Positions 13,676-26,197 of a DNA stretch of 64,000 nt are shown one piece after another. The stretch is from assembly GCF_004010195.1 (NCBI RefSeq), contig NC_057719.1, positions 64,736,819-64,800,818 on the forward strand. The letters run 5' to 3'. The stretch comes from Chiloscyllium plagiosum. Taxonomy: Eukaryota. The position numbers and the translations under genes were made by a program. Below the pieces are notes generated by a model that did no database searches, was not told the origin of the DNA, and saw only the letters and a program-made list of their open reading frames with translations. Position 1 is the stretch's first letter. The number at the start of each line of letters is the position of its first letter.

Positions 13676-16600
13676 CACTATTTTCTGTTGTCCATTCTAC
13701 AGATTCAATACTATACTTTAATGGGGATTTGGTTACATACTTGTAAACAAAAGTGCCTACATGGGCTAAGAGGTATTGTGGAGAGAAACCAACTGCATTG
13801 CATTTGTAAAAGTTGGAGGAAGCTCTATGGGATGACTGACCATCTTCTGTTTTGTACTTTCCCATGAATCTATGCAGAAGTCTAAAAGAGAAGAAAAACC
13901 TGAAAATAAATTTACAAATTAATAGAACTCTCTGTGGTTGAAAAACTTGGCTCTGCGTTCTAATATTTTGGATTTACATAAAAGTCATTATCAATGTCTT
14001 TAACTGGGAAGCCAGCTGGAATTTGAACAATTTTCATGTTCAACATGATCACAATTGGTAACAGCTAGTTTTGTGGAAACAAATCTGTGCAAATATGCAA
14101 TTTTTTTTTCTTGTTTATCAAAATTTTACATCATATGCTTGCATCAATTGCTTTTATATTTTAAAGTAATATTTTTGTCATTGGTAAATAATGAGTCTAG
14201 ACCACACTGATTTCAGTTGGTTTATTATGTTCAATATCCAATTAAACAACATGAGGGTGCCTCAAAATGGAGACACTTGCTCAGGCCTTTGGGAAATCTT
14301 CCAAATAAACAATGGCCACAGTTCTCATGCTATTACCTCTCACTTTTATCACCTCCTCCATGGGATTGCATCTGGCCATGATTGTGGCCTTTCCAGCCCA
14401 TTGGCTCTGAGATGGGGAGATCAAGATGAGGCATTGATATATCTCCTCACTCCCTACACCTCCGGGTACCTGTCAGACTGCAGCCTCAGTGAGTGCCTGT
14501 CTGACACCAGGGAAGATCTCGGCACCATTATCGATTGTCCCCAATTGAATCTTAATTGATTGGCAGGCAGCTAATTACTGTCATGTTGATCCTGCCTGAT
14601 GTGGCAAATTTGGTCAGGGGTGGAAACATGTCATGGAACCAATGTGATTTGCTGTTTCTAAGTTTACATCTGCTCCTTGCTCCAACCCTGCCTCTGTGGG
14701 AGCAGTGATTGATTTCATATTGATTTTATGTAAGTGGCAATGGTATTAATGAAGATTCAAATTACAGCTAAGAATTTTGGCAGTAGATATGTTCTTGAGT
14801 GTTTTGCAATAACCAGAGTCTAATGTATTTATGAATAAGAAATTGTTTCCAGAAATGCAATCTGATTAATATGAGAATCGCATTCTTTTTGATCAGTGAA
14901 ATTAAGAAGACATTATCATCAGATTGCATTAAGAGAAACAAACTTTTTTTGTAAGAACATTATGTTGGGTACTCCCCATGACTTATACAGCAGTAAATTT
15001 TGAATTCATATCACCTTTCTATTGTTATTGTGTTAAAAATAAACACAGGGTCTCTGTCTAATATTTCAGTTAATTTTGTGTTGAAAGGTTGTAATTATTC
15101 AGTAATTTGATCTAAAAAATTAGCACTGTGATTAACTCTTTGTTGAGGATTACACAGTTTCAAATTACTCAACAGTTTAAATGATGCTACTTAGAGTTGC
15201 AGTCCTCACTTTCTCCTACTTAGAGAAAATGACAGACTATAAACTCATTTGTGTTCATAATATCAAAAGGAATATTCAAATAATCTAAGGAATTAAATTG
15301 GTCAGTGTTACACGTGTTTTTCAAATGTTATATGGTCTTGTAAGGCTCGTGAACAGCAGCCAGGAAACCCATGCCCAGAAATTAGAATTCAGAGGTGTAC
15401 CAACTGCTGTGTTGGATAAGGAAAAGCAAAAGCCATTCTTCATCTACACCTGAACAGGTTATTAATCTGTTTGTGCATACAAATATTCTGTCAATAGGTC
15501 CTTGCTCTAACATTGTGTTATGACTCAGAAACCCTACCTAAAAAAAAAATTGTCTGCATAACTAAAATAGGTACTGACTGCAATGACCACTTTTAATGCT
15601 GTCACTATTGTACCCAAATGAAAATTACACGGGATGACCTAGACCTCAAGGTCATGTTTGTGGATTTCAATAGGGTTTCCAGCACACCACTCAACCAATC
15701 TGTGTTTGGTTTGCTCATTAAATATTTGAAAGCAACGTCAGCAGGAAAGACAGGATACTAAATTATATTAAGGAACCCGAAGGTACATTTTTGTAACAAG
15801 GCAGACGCTGAGAACTTCAATTCCCAGCTTTTACAGCGTATGTACAGAGCAGGACTGTCTGTTTACATTTGGCCCAGCGTTCTGGTTTTGTCTTTCAGCA
15901 CCAGCAGACAGGAGTATGCATGCAGGTGTTTGTGGCATGAGGTGCATGTGCAGGAAAAAGGAAAGTCAATGGAAATGGGAGTATTTGACAGCAGGGGAAA
16001 AGCATGCATGCTGAAAAACAAGAGTAGTGGGCTCTCGGCAGTTCAGCCTTTCAGAATTCTTAGGAGCCATCCAGAATAGTGAGAGCTTGGAAGAAGTCCA
16101 ATGGATCCACAGACAATTCAGTGTGAATAGGAATGAGGGTGAAAGACATCCACAAGCAGTATTTGCTTGGTGTAGCTGTGAAGTATTGGAGCTTGAAGTT
16201 ACCCTGGGACAGTGTCTGGTTATTGAAGCTACCTGTCTGTAAAAAGTCTGGAACTGTGCCCATGAATAGGTATCGAAGTACAGCCTTCAAAATCCAGTCT
16301 CAAGAGAAGGGATTGTATTGTCTGGATGTGAGCAGTAGTTCACACAATTCGTAATGGAGTGCTTGTGAGGGAGTGCTAAAGCTAGATCTTTGAGATTGAA
16401 GAATTGGAATCCCTTGTAGAGAAGACAAATTTTCTCAGCATTGTGGCTTTATTCAATTCGCATGTACCTGGAATTTAAAAATTTCTCTATTAAAAGTAGA
16501 TAGACTTAACCAGATTATGATATACATTTTGCAATCTCATCCAATATCATTATAATTGAAAGAAGTAGAAGTAAGTCTGCGTATGGGAGATCTGGAGAAT

Positions 16601-17039
16601 GGGAAGATAGGTACTGAAATGGGAAGGTGTTATATTGCTTGCTGTTGCTTCGAAAGATGATGTGGGAAGAGGAGTGGGTGTTGTGCCTGACTGAAGTGTG
16701 AGTTATGATGTTCTGGAGGGAACTGCTTCTTTCAGAACACTGAGAAGGAATGGGATTTCTTTAGTTGTGACAATTTACTGGAAATAGTGAGGTAGATAGG
16801 GTGACAGGAAGGAAACGGGAGACCCTAATTTGGCTTCTATGGCCACGGGGAAGATAGGAATCAGATGTGATCAAAGGGCCTGTACATCAGAGTGGGAGAA
16901 ATCCTTGTTTGAGGAAAAGGAAGACCCATTGAAAATACTTGCATTGATAGTTGCATCATCAAAACAGGTGTGATCGAGCTGGAGATACCAGGAGAATAAA
17001 TTGAGATGAAAGGAAGTGTAATTAATGTAGTTATGTTTA

Positions 17040-17520
17040 CAAGATATTGTCAGGACTGTGATGGAATATTTCCCACTTGCCTGAATGTGTGTGGCTCCAA
17101 CAACACTCAAGCTTGACACCATCTAGGTCAAAGCAATCTGCTTCATTGGCTCCATATCCATTCAGTAGCAGTGTGTACGACCTACACGATGCACTGCAGA
17201 AATTCATCAAAGATCCTTAGACAGCACCTTCCAAACCCACAACCACTTGCATCTAGAATGACAAGGGCAGCAGATACATGGGGCTACCATCGCCTGCAAG
17301 TTTTCCTCCAAGCCACTCACATTCCTGACTGAGAAATATATTATTGTTTCTTTAGTGTCACTGGGTCAAAGTTCTGGAATTCGCTGCCCGAATGGCATTG
17401 TGGGTACACCACAGCATATGCCCTGCAGCAGTTCAAGAAAGCAGTTCACCACCAACTTCTAAAAGGGCAACTAGGGACAGGCAATAAATATTCAGTCAAT
17501 GACACTCATGTTCCATATGT
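17040..17520 (+). mobile_element. L2/CR1-superfamily LINE 3' end
   Basis: caggactgtgatggaatatt...caacactcaagcttgacaccatc...agggcaactagggacaggcaataaa. Confidence 0.7.
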
Positions 17521-17608
17521 GGATAAAAAGGTACTTGTTTGACAGCCTATAGTCAGACATATGGTCTTGTGTTCTCAAGACATTGGAGCAGAAATTAGGC
17601 CATTCGGC

Positions 17609-18208
17609 TCTGTGACTCTGTGTGACTCTCTAAGACTCTGTGACTCTCTGTGACTCTCTAACTCTCTGTGACACTCTGTGACTATCTATGACTCCCTGTG
17701 ACTCTCTGCCTCTCTGTGACTTTCTGACATTTTGTGACTCTCTGACACCTTCTGACTCTCTGTGACTCTCTCTGACTCTCTGTGACAATCTCTGACTCTC
17801 TGTGACAATCTCTGACTCTCTCTGACTCTCTGTGACTCTCTGTGACACTCTGTGACACTCTGTGACACTCTGTGACTCTCTGTGACTCTCTGTGACAATC
17901 TCTGACTCTCTATGACTCTCCTAGACACTCTCTGACTCTCTGTGACAATCTCTGACTCTCTCTGACTCTCCTTGACACTCTCTGACTCTCCTTGACACTC
18001 TCTGACTCTCTGTGACAATCTCTGACTCTCTCTGACTCTCTCTGACTCTCTCTGACTCTCTCTGACTCTCTGTGACTCTCTGTGACTCTCTTCTGTGACT
18101 CTGTCACTCTCTGACTCTCTGTCACTCTTTGACTCTCTGTGACTTCCTGACTCTCTCTGTGACACTCTGACTCTCTGTGACTCCCTGACTCTCTCTGTAA
18201 CTCTCTGA
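17609..18208. repeat. 600-bp degenerate minisatellite of 8-10 bp units
   Basis: Tandem tgactctc(tg/tc) and tgacactc units. Confidence 0.95.
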
Positions 18209-18209
18209 C

Positions 18210-19004
18210 TACGTGGCAGTTGGAGTTTAATTTAGATAAATGTAAGATGCTGCATTTTGGGAAAGCAAATCTTAGCAGAACTTATACACTTAATGGTAAG
18301 GTACTCGAGAGTGTTGCTGAACAAAGAGACCTTGGAGTGCAGGTTCATAGCTCCTTGAAAGTGGAGTTGCCGGTAGATAGGATAGTGAAGAAGGCATTTG
18401 GTATGCTTTCGTTTATTGGTCAGAATGTTGAGTACAGGAGTTGACAGGACATTGATTAGGCCACTGTTGGAATATTGCATGCGATTCCTATCGGAAGGAT
18501 ATTTGGAAACTGGAAAGGGTTCAGAAAAGATTTACAAGGATGTTACCAGGGATGGAGTTTTTGAGCTATAGGGAGAGGTTGAATAGTCTAGGGCTGTTTT
18601 CCCTGGCGTATCGGAGGCTGAGGGGTGACCTTATAGAGGTTTACAAAATCGTTAGGGGCATGGATAGGATAAATAGACAAATTGTTTTCCCTGGGGTTGG
18701 GGAGTCCAGAACTGGAGGGTATAGGTTTAGGGTGAGAGGGGAAAGATGTGAAAGAGACCTAAGGGGCAACTCGTTCACGCAGAGGGTGGTACGTGTATGG
18801 AATGAGCTGCCAGAGAAAGTGGTGGAGGCTGGTACAATTGCAACATTTAAAAGGTATCTGGATAGGTATATGAATAGGAAGGGTTTAGAGGGATATGGGC
18901 CAGGTGCTGGCAGGTGAGGACTAGATTGGGTTGGAATATCTGGTCGGCATGGACGAGTTGGACCGAAGGGTCTGTTTCCATGCTGTACATCTCTATGACT
19001 CTAT
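18210..19004 (+). mobile_element. 5'-truncated CR1 LINE
   Basis: EFNLDKCKMLHFGKAN and RRLRGDLIEVYKI peptides; (ctctatga)n tail. Confidence 0.95.
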
Positions 19005-19645
19005 GAGTCTGCTCTGCCATTCAATCATGGCTTATAGGCATTTCAACCCCATTTTCCTGCTTTCTCTCTGTAACATTTTACCTCTTAGGCAATCAAAAAT
19101 TATCTATTTCTTTTTTAAATGTACTCTATGACCTGGCTTCCACAACCTTCTGCGGTAAAGAATTTCACAGATTCACCAGTCTCTGGATAGAGAAGTTTTT
19201 CCTTATCTCCATTCTAAAAGGTCTTCCCTGCACCCTCGGGTCCTCGTCTCTCCTGCAAATGGAATTATCTTCCCAACATCTACTCTGTCCAGGCTGTTCA
19301 GTATTCTTGTAAGAGTCGGGATGGGGGATGGAGGTGTACAGGGACTGGATGTCCATGTATTCTGTCAGCTTCAATCTGACTCCTCCCCCTCCCCCTCCCC
19401 CTCGCCCCATCCTTCTAAATTCCATTGCGTACAGACCCAAAGCCCTCGAACGTTCCTCATCTGTTAAACCTTTCATTCCTGGGATCATTTTCGCGAGCAT
19501 CCTCTGGACCCACTCCAGTACATCTTTTCTGAAGTATGGAGGCCAAAATTGTTCACAATGCTCTAAATATGGTCTGACAAGAGCCTTATAAAGCCTCAGA
19601 AGTACATCCCAGCTCTTATGTTCTAGCCCTGTCAAGATGAATGAT

Positions 19646-19846
19646 GTTAAAAGTCACACGAAACCAGGTTATAGTCCAACAGGTTTAATTGGAAGCACTA
19701 GCTTTTGGAACGCTGCTCCGAACGACCTGATGAAGGAGCTGTGCTCTGAAAGCTAGTGCTTCCATTTAAACCTGTTGGACTATAACCTGGCGAAGTGTGA
19801 TTTTTACCTTTGTACACCCCAGTCCAACACCAGCATCTCCAAATCA
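19646..19846 (+). mobile_element. Penelope-derived hairpin element (family B)
   Basis: Inverted arms ccaggttatagtccaacagg / cctgttggactataacctgg. TSD agatgaatga. Confidence 0.85.
19727..19755 (+). ncRNA. Minimal hammerhead ribozyme motif (family B)
   Basis: CUGAUGA-A-GGAGC-ugu-GCUCU-GAAA-GC-UA with palindromic AGCU stem III. Confidence 0.65.
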
Positions 19847-21859
19847 AGAGATGAATGACAACATTGTATTTGTCTTCCTATCCACTGACTCACCCTGAAG
19901 GTTTACTTTAAGAGAAACCTGGACTTCAGGACTCCCAAGTTCCTTTGGACTTCATATTTATGAATTTTCTCCTCACTTAGAAAATAGACCATGTCTCTAT
20001 TCTTCCTACCAAGCTGCATGATCTCACAGTTGCCCATGTTGTATTTCATCTGCCACTTCTTTGCCCACTCACCTAACCTGTCTAAATCTTTCTGCAGCCT
20101 CCCCACATCCTCAATACTACCTGCCCCATCACCTATCTTTGTATCATCTGCAAACCTGGCCAGAATGTCCTCAGTTCCTTCATCTAGATCGTTAATGTTT
20201 AAAATGAAAAGCTATGGTCCTAACATCAACCCTTGTAAACAAGTCACCAGCTTCAATCCTGAGAAGGACCCTTTTATCATTACTCTCTCTTCTTTGTCAG
20301 ACAGACAATCGTCTATCCATGCTAGTAACTGGCCTCTAACACCAGGGGCCCTTATCTTATTCATCAGCGTCCTGTGCATGGAGATAGAGAAGTTACGGAA
20401 AGGAAAATAAAAGTTGTAGTTTGGCAATGTGAAGGCAGAGGAGAGTGTGGAAATTGGGAGTAAAATTGATGGAAGTTTCCAACTTGAGCAAATAATGTTT
20501 ATAAATTATTGTGGCTATACCCTTTGTATCATGTTTAAGAGTTCACATCAGAATCATATGGCGTTGGTAATCTGCTGCCAAAGTTGATTCTTTGTCATCT
20601 GCAACCACAAATGGGAGAGTTTTCATTATTATTTCATTCTGCTTTGCAAGTTGCAATTTTTTTAAAATGCAGGCTTGACCTCTATTTCTTTTAAAATTTG
20701 AAACAAACTCCGGATGAGTTTAAATGGAAGTCAGGAAATGCATTTTTCATTTTGGTTTGTTATATTACGGATGTACTGGATTTTACTCTTGCTTCAGCTA
20801 TGCACTTCAATTAAACATATGTGTTGGAAATACCTCAGGGATGTGTTGGAACACAGCAATAGAATGATCCTTTGACAGTAACCTTGAAGGATTTGAAGCA
20901 TTACCACACAGAAACGTAACTACAGAAAATGCTAAACCTTATGGAATCATGAAGCAATAGGTGTAAGATAAAAGGAAAGTAATAGTTGGATATTCATTTC
21001 CTTATGAAGAGTTCAATATTTCAGAATAAAAACAAAAATCTCAAACCACATAATATTCTTATAAAACTTCCAGATGTTGTGTTCCTAAGCACTAAAACTC
21101 CAGGCAAAGATTCTACAGAAAACTGAGGTATTACATTATACCCTTTCATTCCTTTTTCAACTATAGAATACTTGACTGCTGTGAATCATGTTTGTTTTAC
21201 ATTATACCTCTATAAATGGCTTTGGGGTAATTATCTACACTCATGTTACTTTGAAAATGCAGATTACTGTTGTAAATTGTATTCTAAAGAACAAGCATTG
21301 CTTGACATGACAGTCACTATTTAAACTAATCCTTTGAAACAGTCATATATTTTACTGTGTATTTAGAATGAATATCTGTTTCTTGGTAGTGCTTTCTTTT
21401 GAAGTTTTAAGTTTTTGGAAGACTGTACATGTGGTGCTGAGAGTTCTTGATGAAATACATTGAAGTTTGTTCTGGAATGTAGTGTACAGCTGGAATCACT
21501 TTAGCAGCATTGTTTAGGGGTATTTCTGCATGTGTTTAATACAAGGAACTTGTGAGTAAATTGTTCTTATTTGAAAAACAAAGTTGAATGCAGACACAAT
21601 GACCAGTTGAACATCAGATCTATTGGACCAATAGGTTTTCAAATCTTGCATCACTCCTATTACAGATTTGATAATTCACAAAAATATTATGGATGATCTA
21701 CTGTGAAATATTATCACAATAATAAGATAGGATCCATTTGTCAGGGGGAAACTTGGTTGCTTCAGAAATACAAACTAGAGCTTAATTGTACTGAAATCTG
21801 TCCTACGAAAATCCTGGATTTACCAAAATACACAATCATAAAAACAAAGAACTACCAGG

Positions 21860-24027
21860 AAATTGGAGAAAGGCCAATTTTGACAGCATTAGGCAAGAAC
21901 TTTTGAAAGCTGATTGGGGGCAGATGTTCGCAGGTAAAGGGACGGTTGGAAAATGGAAAGCCTTCAGAAATGAAATAACGAGAATCCAGAGAAGGTTAGG
22001 GTGAAAGGAAAGGCTGGTAGGTATAGGGAATGCTGGATGACTAAAGAAATTGAGGGTTTGGTTAAGAAAAAGAAGGAAGCATATGTCAGGTATAGACAGG
22101 ATAGATCGAGTGAATCCTTAGAAGAATATAAAGGAAGTAGGAGCATACTTAAGAGGGAAATGAGGAGGGCAAAAAGGGGACATGAGATAGAATTGGCAAA
22201 TAGAATTAAGGAGAATCCAAAGAGTTTTTACAAATACATAAAGGACAAAAGGATAACTAGGGAGAGAATAGGGCCCCTCAAAGATCAGCCATTGTGTGGA
22301 GCTGCAGAAAATGGGGGAGATACTAAATGAGTATTTTACATCAGTACTTACTGTGGAAAAGGATATGGAAGATATAGACTGTAGGGAAATAGATGGTGAC
22401 ATCTTGCAAAATGTCCAGATTACAGAGGAGGAAGTACTGGATGTCTTGAAATGGGTAAAGGTGGATAAATCCCCAGGACCTGATCAGATGGACCCTAGGA
22501 CTCTGTGAGAAGCTAGAGAAGTGATTGCTGGGCCTCTTGCTGAGATATTTATATCATCGATAGTCACAGGTGAGGTGCTGGAAGACTGGAGGTTGGCTAA
22601 GGTGGTGCCACTGTTTAAGAAGGGTGGTAAGGACAAGCCAGGGAACTATAAACCAGTGAGCCTGACATCGGTGGTGGGCAGGTTGTTGGAGGGAATTCTG
22701 AGGGACAGGATGTAGATGTATTTGGAAAGGCAAGGACTGATTAGGGCTAGTCAGCATGGCTTTGTGCGTGGGAAATCATGTCTCACAAACTTGATTGAGT
22801 TTTTTGAAGAAGTAACAAAGAGGATTGATGAGGGCAGAGCAGTAGATGTGATCTATATGAACTTCAGTAAGGCATTCGACAAGGTTCTCCATGGGAGACT
22901 GATTAGCAAGGTTAGATCTCACGGAATACAGGGAGAACTAGCCATTTGGATACAGAACTGGCTCAAAGGTAGAAGACAGAGGTGGTGGTGGAGGGTTGTT
23001 TTTCAGACTGGAGGTCTGTGACCAGTGGAGTGCCACAAGGTTCGGTGCTGGGTCCTCTACGTTTTGACATTTACATAAATGATTCAGATGCGAGCATACG
23101 AGGTACAGTTAGTAAGTTTGCAGATGACACCAAAATTCAGTAGTGGATAGCGAACAGGGTTACCTCAATGACAACAGGATCTTGACCAGATGGCCCAATG
23201 GGCTGAGGAGTGGCAGATGGAGTTTAATTTAGATAAATGCAAGGTGCTACATTTTTGGAAAGCAAATCTTAGCAGGACCTATACACTTAATAGTAAGGTC
23301 CTAGGGAATGTTGCTGAACAAAGAGACCTTGGAGTGCAGGTTCATAGCTCCTTGAAAGTGGAGTCGCAGGTAGATGGGATAGTGAAGAAGGCGTTTGGTA
23401 TGCTTTCGTTTATTGGTTGGAGTATTGAGTACAGGAGTTGAGAGGTCATGTTGCGGCTGTACAGGACATTGGTTAGGCCACTGTTGGAATATTGAGTGCA
23501 ATTCTGGTCTCCTTCCTATCAGAAAGATGTTGTGAAACTTTAAAGGGTTCAGAAAAGATTTACAAGGATGTTGCCAGGGTTAGAGGATTTGAGTTACAGG
23601 GAAAGGCTGAACAGGCTGGGGCTGTTTTCCCTGGAGCGCCGGAGGCTGAGGGGTGACCTTATAGAGGTTTACAAAATTATGAGGGGCATGGATAGGGTAA
23701 ATAGTCTTTTCTCTGGTGTCAGTGAGTCCAGAACTAGAGGGCATAGGTTTAGGGTGAGAGGGGAAAGATATAAACGAACCCTAAGGGGCAACGTTTTCAC
23801 GCAGAGGGTGGTACGTGTATGGAATGATCTGCTTGAGGAAGTGGTGGAGGCTGGTACAATTGCAACATTTGAAAGGCATTTGGATGGGTATATGAATAGG
23901 AAGGGTTTGGAGGGATATGAGCCGGGTGCTGGCAGTTGTGACTAGATTGGGTTGGGATATCTGGTCGGCATGGACGGGTTGGACCGAAGGGTCTGTTTCC
24001 ATGCTCTACATCTCTATGACTCTATGA
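21860..24027 (+). mobile_element. CR1 LINE, 2.2-kb 5'-truncated ORF2 (RT) pseudogene
   Basis: KSPGPD, PGNYKPVSLTSVVG, QHGFVRGKSCLTNL, FSKAFDKV, KFADD, RGDLIEVYKI in order, with stops and frameshifts; (ctctatga)n tail. Confidence 0.97.
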
Positions 24028-24589
24028 CCCTAAACACAATTCACAATAGAGATGTAATAAAACGTATTTCTGTGCGTTTATAAAATATTAAGATGGCTTG
24101 TTATTGACAAATATCCTAATTAAGTAAGATTGTTTTGTTACTATATTTGATAACAAGCTGTTCTGGCTTGAGTATTCAGTGGGAAATAAGTTGATTTTTC
24201 TCGGGTTCTATTTGTAGTTTTTGGCATATGTTTGACTGCCAACATCCTTTATGTTGACATTATGTCTACCTGAAGCATTTGGGATGCCTTGGCTCAATTT
24301 ACTACCACTAATACTTTTTCTTGGTCTTAGTCTAAGACACTAACAGCTTAGGGATGGTGACATGAAGTTTTCAGCAGACGATAGGCTTTGTTTTGATAAA
24401 CAGAATAGGTAAATTATGCTCTATAGCTATTTTTGTTATTAAATTATTGTTGATAGCTATTTGCATTACATTTAAGATGCATGAGAGCCCTTAGGAAGAT
24501 CTCAGGGTATGCTCAAGAATAATTATGCTTTATTGCTGCTGAAAAATTCTGGAACACAATTATTTGTGGATCTTTGCAGGGTTGACTTT

Positions 24590-25085
24590 GCTACTTCCTC
24601 CAACGTGTCAGAAAAGTTAGTTGTGCTTCTGAAAGAAATGATCTTTTTACTTTATAATAAGGTAGAATTGAATGTGATTCTTTCATTCTAATGTATACTT
24701 TTTGGTGACCTTAGTTCATTTTTATCAAGATGATTCAATTATGGTAAAGCTAATTATGCAGTGAATAGTACTTCTTCTAAACTGACTGCTCCAAGAGTTT
24801 ACGACTAACTCCTGATGGTTGTGATGTCAAGGATGTTGGATCAGATTTTGAAGACTTGTCTCTGGTTGGAAGACAATTAAATAATTCCTCTAAACTTGTG
24901 AAATTAATGCTGTCTTCTGCTGTTTCAGTTATGAAGGGTTGCCATAGACCAACTTTCAGGTGGTGTAAACTTTCTCTTTGATTTAGCAAACATTCTTCTG
25001 ACACCTCGGAAGTCTTCCCCTTGTTGAGTACAGTTATCTTGATCACTGCTGTTTGGTGTCTGAACTGGTTGAAGGTCTTCAAAAT
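24590..25085 (-). pseudogene. Decayed Ki-67 (MKI67)-repeat-like coding remnant, copy B
   Basis: Minus strand reads EDLQPVQTP...GEDFRGVRRMFAKSKRKFTPPE, then after a frameshift VGLWQPFITETAEDSINFTSLEELFNCLP: three consecutive Ki-67-like motifs. Inverted homologue of 250-600. Confidence 0.5.
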
Positions 25086-25133
25086 AGCTTAGGGTTTTAA
25101 GAGCAGTGTGCTTTTTTGCTTAGAAATGAGAAG

Positions 25134-25340
25134 TAGGTGTTGCATGTATAGAATGAGCTGTCAGAGGAAGTTGTGGAGGCTGGTACAATTGCAGCATTTA
25201 AAAGGCATCTGAATGGGTATATGGATAGGAAGGGTTTAGAGGGATATGGGCCAAGTGCTGGAAAATGGGACTAGATTAGGATCGGATATCTGGTTGGCAT
25301 GGATGAGTTGGACCAAAGGGTCTGTTTCCGTGCTGTACCT
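25134..25340 (+). mobile_element. Short CR1 3' end
   Basis: gtggaggctggtacaattgc...ctctatgacc. Confidence 0.9.
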
Positions 25341-25499
25341 CTCTATGACCCTTTGACTCTAAGGTTTAATTTTTGATGATGTGCACCTATTCTATATGGT
25401 ATTCAACTCTGCATTTTAATATAACTCTCGATATTCCTTTCACTTTTGAGTGGTGTTCAACCAGTGATGTGCAGTTCTCTGTCAGGTGATTGTCATATT

Positions 25500-25868
25500 A
25501 TAGATCACAGAATCCCTACAGTGTGGTAACAGGTCATTTGGCCCAATAAGTCCACACCAGCCCTCTGAAGAGTATCCCACCCAGACCCATTCCCCAACCC
25601 TATTACTTTATATTTCCCATGACTAATGCATCTAACCCACACATCCCTGATCACTATGGGCAATTTAGCATGGCCAATTCACCTAACCTGCACATCTTTG
25701 GACTGTGGGAAGAAACTGGAGCACCTGGAGGAAACCCACGCAGACATCTGGAGAATGTGCAAACTGCACACAGACAGTCATCTCTCCACACAGACAGTCA
25801 TCCGAGGCTGGAATTGAAGCCTACCACTGTGAGATAGCAGTGCTAAAGACTGAGCTACTGTGCTGCCC
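25500..25868 (-). mobile_element. tRNA-derived SINE (HE1-like)
   Basis: Same family as 3283; small internal duplication of cacacagacagtcatc. Confidence 0.9.
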
Positions 25869-26074
25869 CAATTGTCATCTTATTCAACTCGGCCAAGAGA
25901 TTTTCTCAGATAAAATAGCAACACTCTGTCCTCAAGTTTGAAATTAGTTCAATGAACATTAATCTGTATGTCTTTGTCATATCTCACTCAAACGAGCTAC
26001 CTGTTATCCCTTGAAATGGTTGAGCTAACTTTTCCTAGTGTGGTATATCATCATGAGAAAGTGTATGTTCCAAT

Positions 26075-26197
26075 TATTTGGAGGTGCCGATGTTGGGCTG
26101 GTGTGGACAAAGTTAAAAATCACACAATACCAGGTTATAGTCCAACAGGTTTATTTGGAAGCACTAGCTTTCGAGGCACTGCCTCTTCATCAGGTGG
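26075..26197 (-). mobile_element. Penelope pseudo-LTR fragment (family B)
   Basis: Matches the 19646 family end; short tccaat duplication on both flanks. Confidence 0.8.
26165..26193 (-). ncRNA. Minimal hammerhead ribozyme motif (family B variant)
   Basis: cac-CUGAUGA-A-GAGGC-agu-GCCUC-GAAA-GC-UA-gug: complete core, stems I and II paired. Confidence 0.75.

Larger units (their letters stand above)
17575..20378 (-). mobile_element. CR1 LINE fragment (RT and 3' end) hosting nested insertions
   Basis: ORFs 19903-20106, 19165-19635 and 20212-20427 give CR1 RT peptides (LQKDLDRLGEWAKKWQM, LYKALVRPYLE). The 3' UTR is split at 17608/19005. Confidence 0.9.
16580..20490 (-). mobile_element. Old Penelope RT remnant split by nested insertions
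   Basis: Pieces at 16580-17035, 17530-17560 and 20379-20490 resemble consecutive antisense parts of a Penelope RT C-terminal region (for example CFDDATINAS...FSSN). Confidence 0.55.

Noticed and set aside
15344..15458. Possible plus-strand exon bounded by ag/gt
   Set aside because: The frames I translated contain stops, the splice context is weak and there is no recognisable product.
17630..18165. Repetitive S/Q/R/E-rich ORFs up to 159 aa
   Set aside because: They are translations of the minisatellite, open only because the unit lacks stops.
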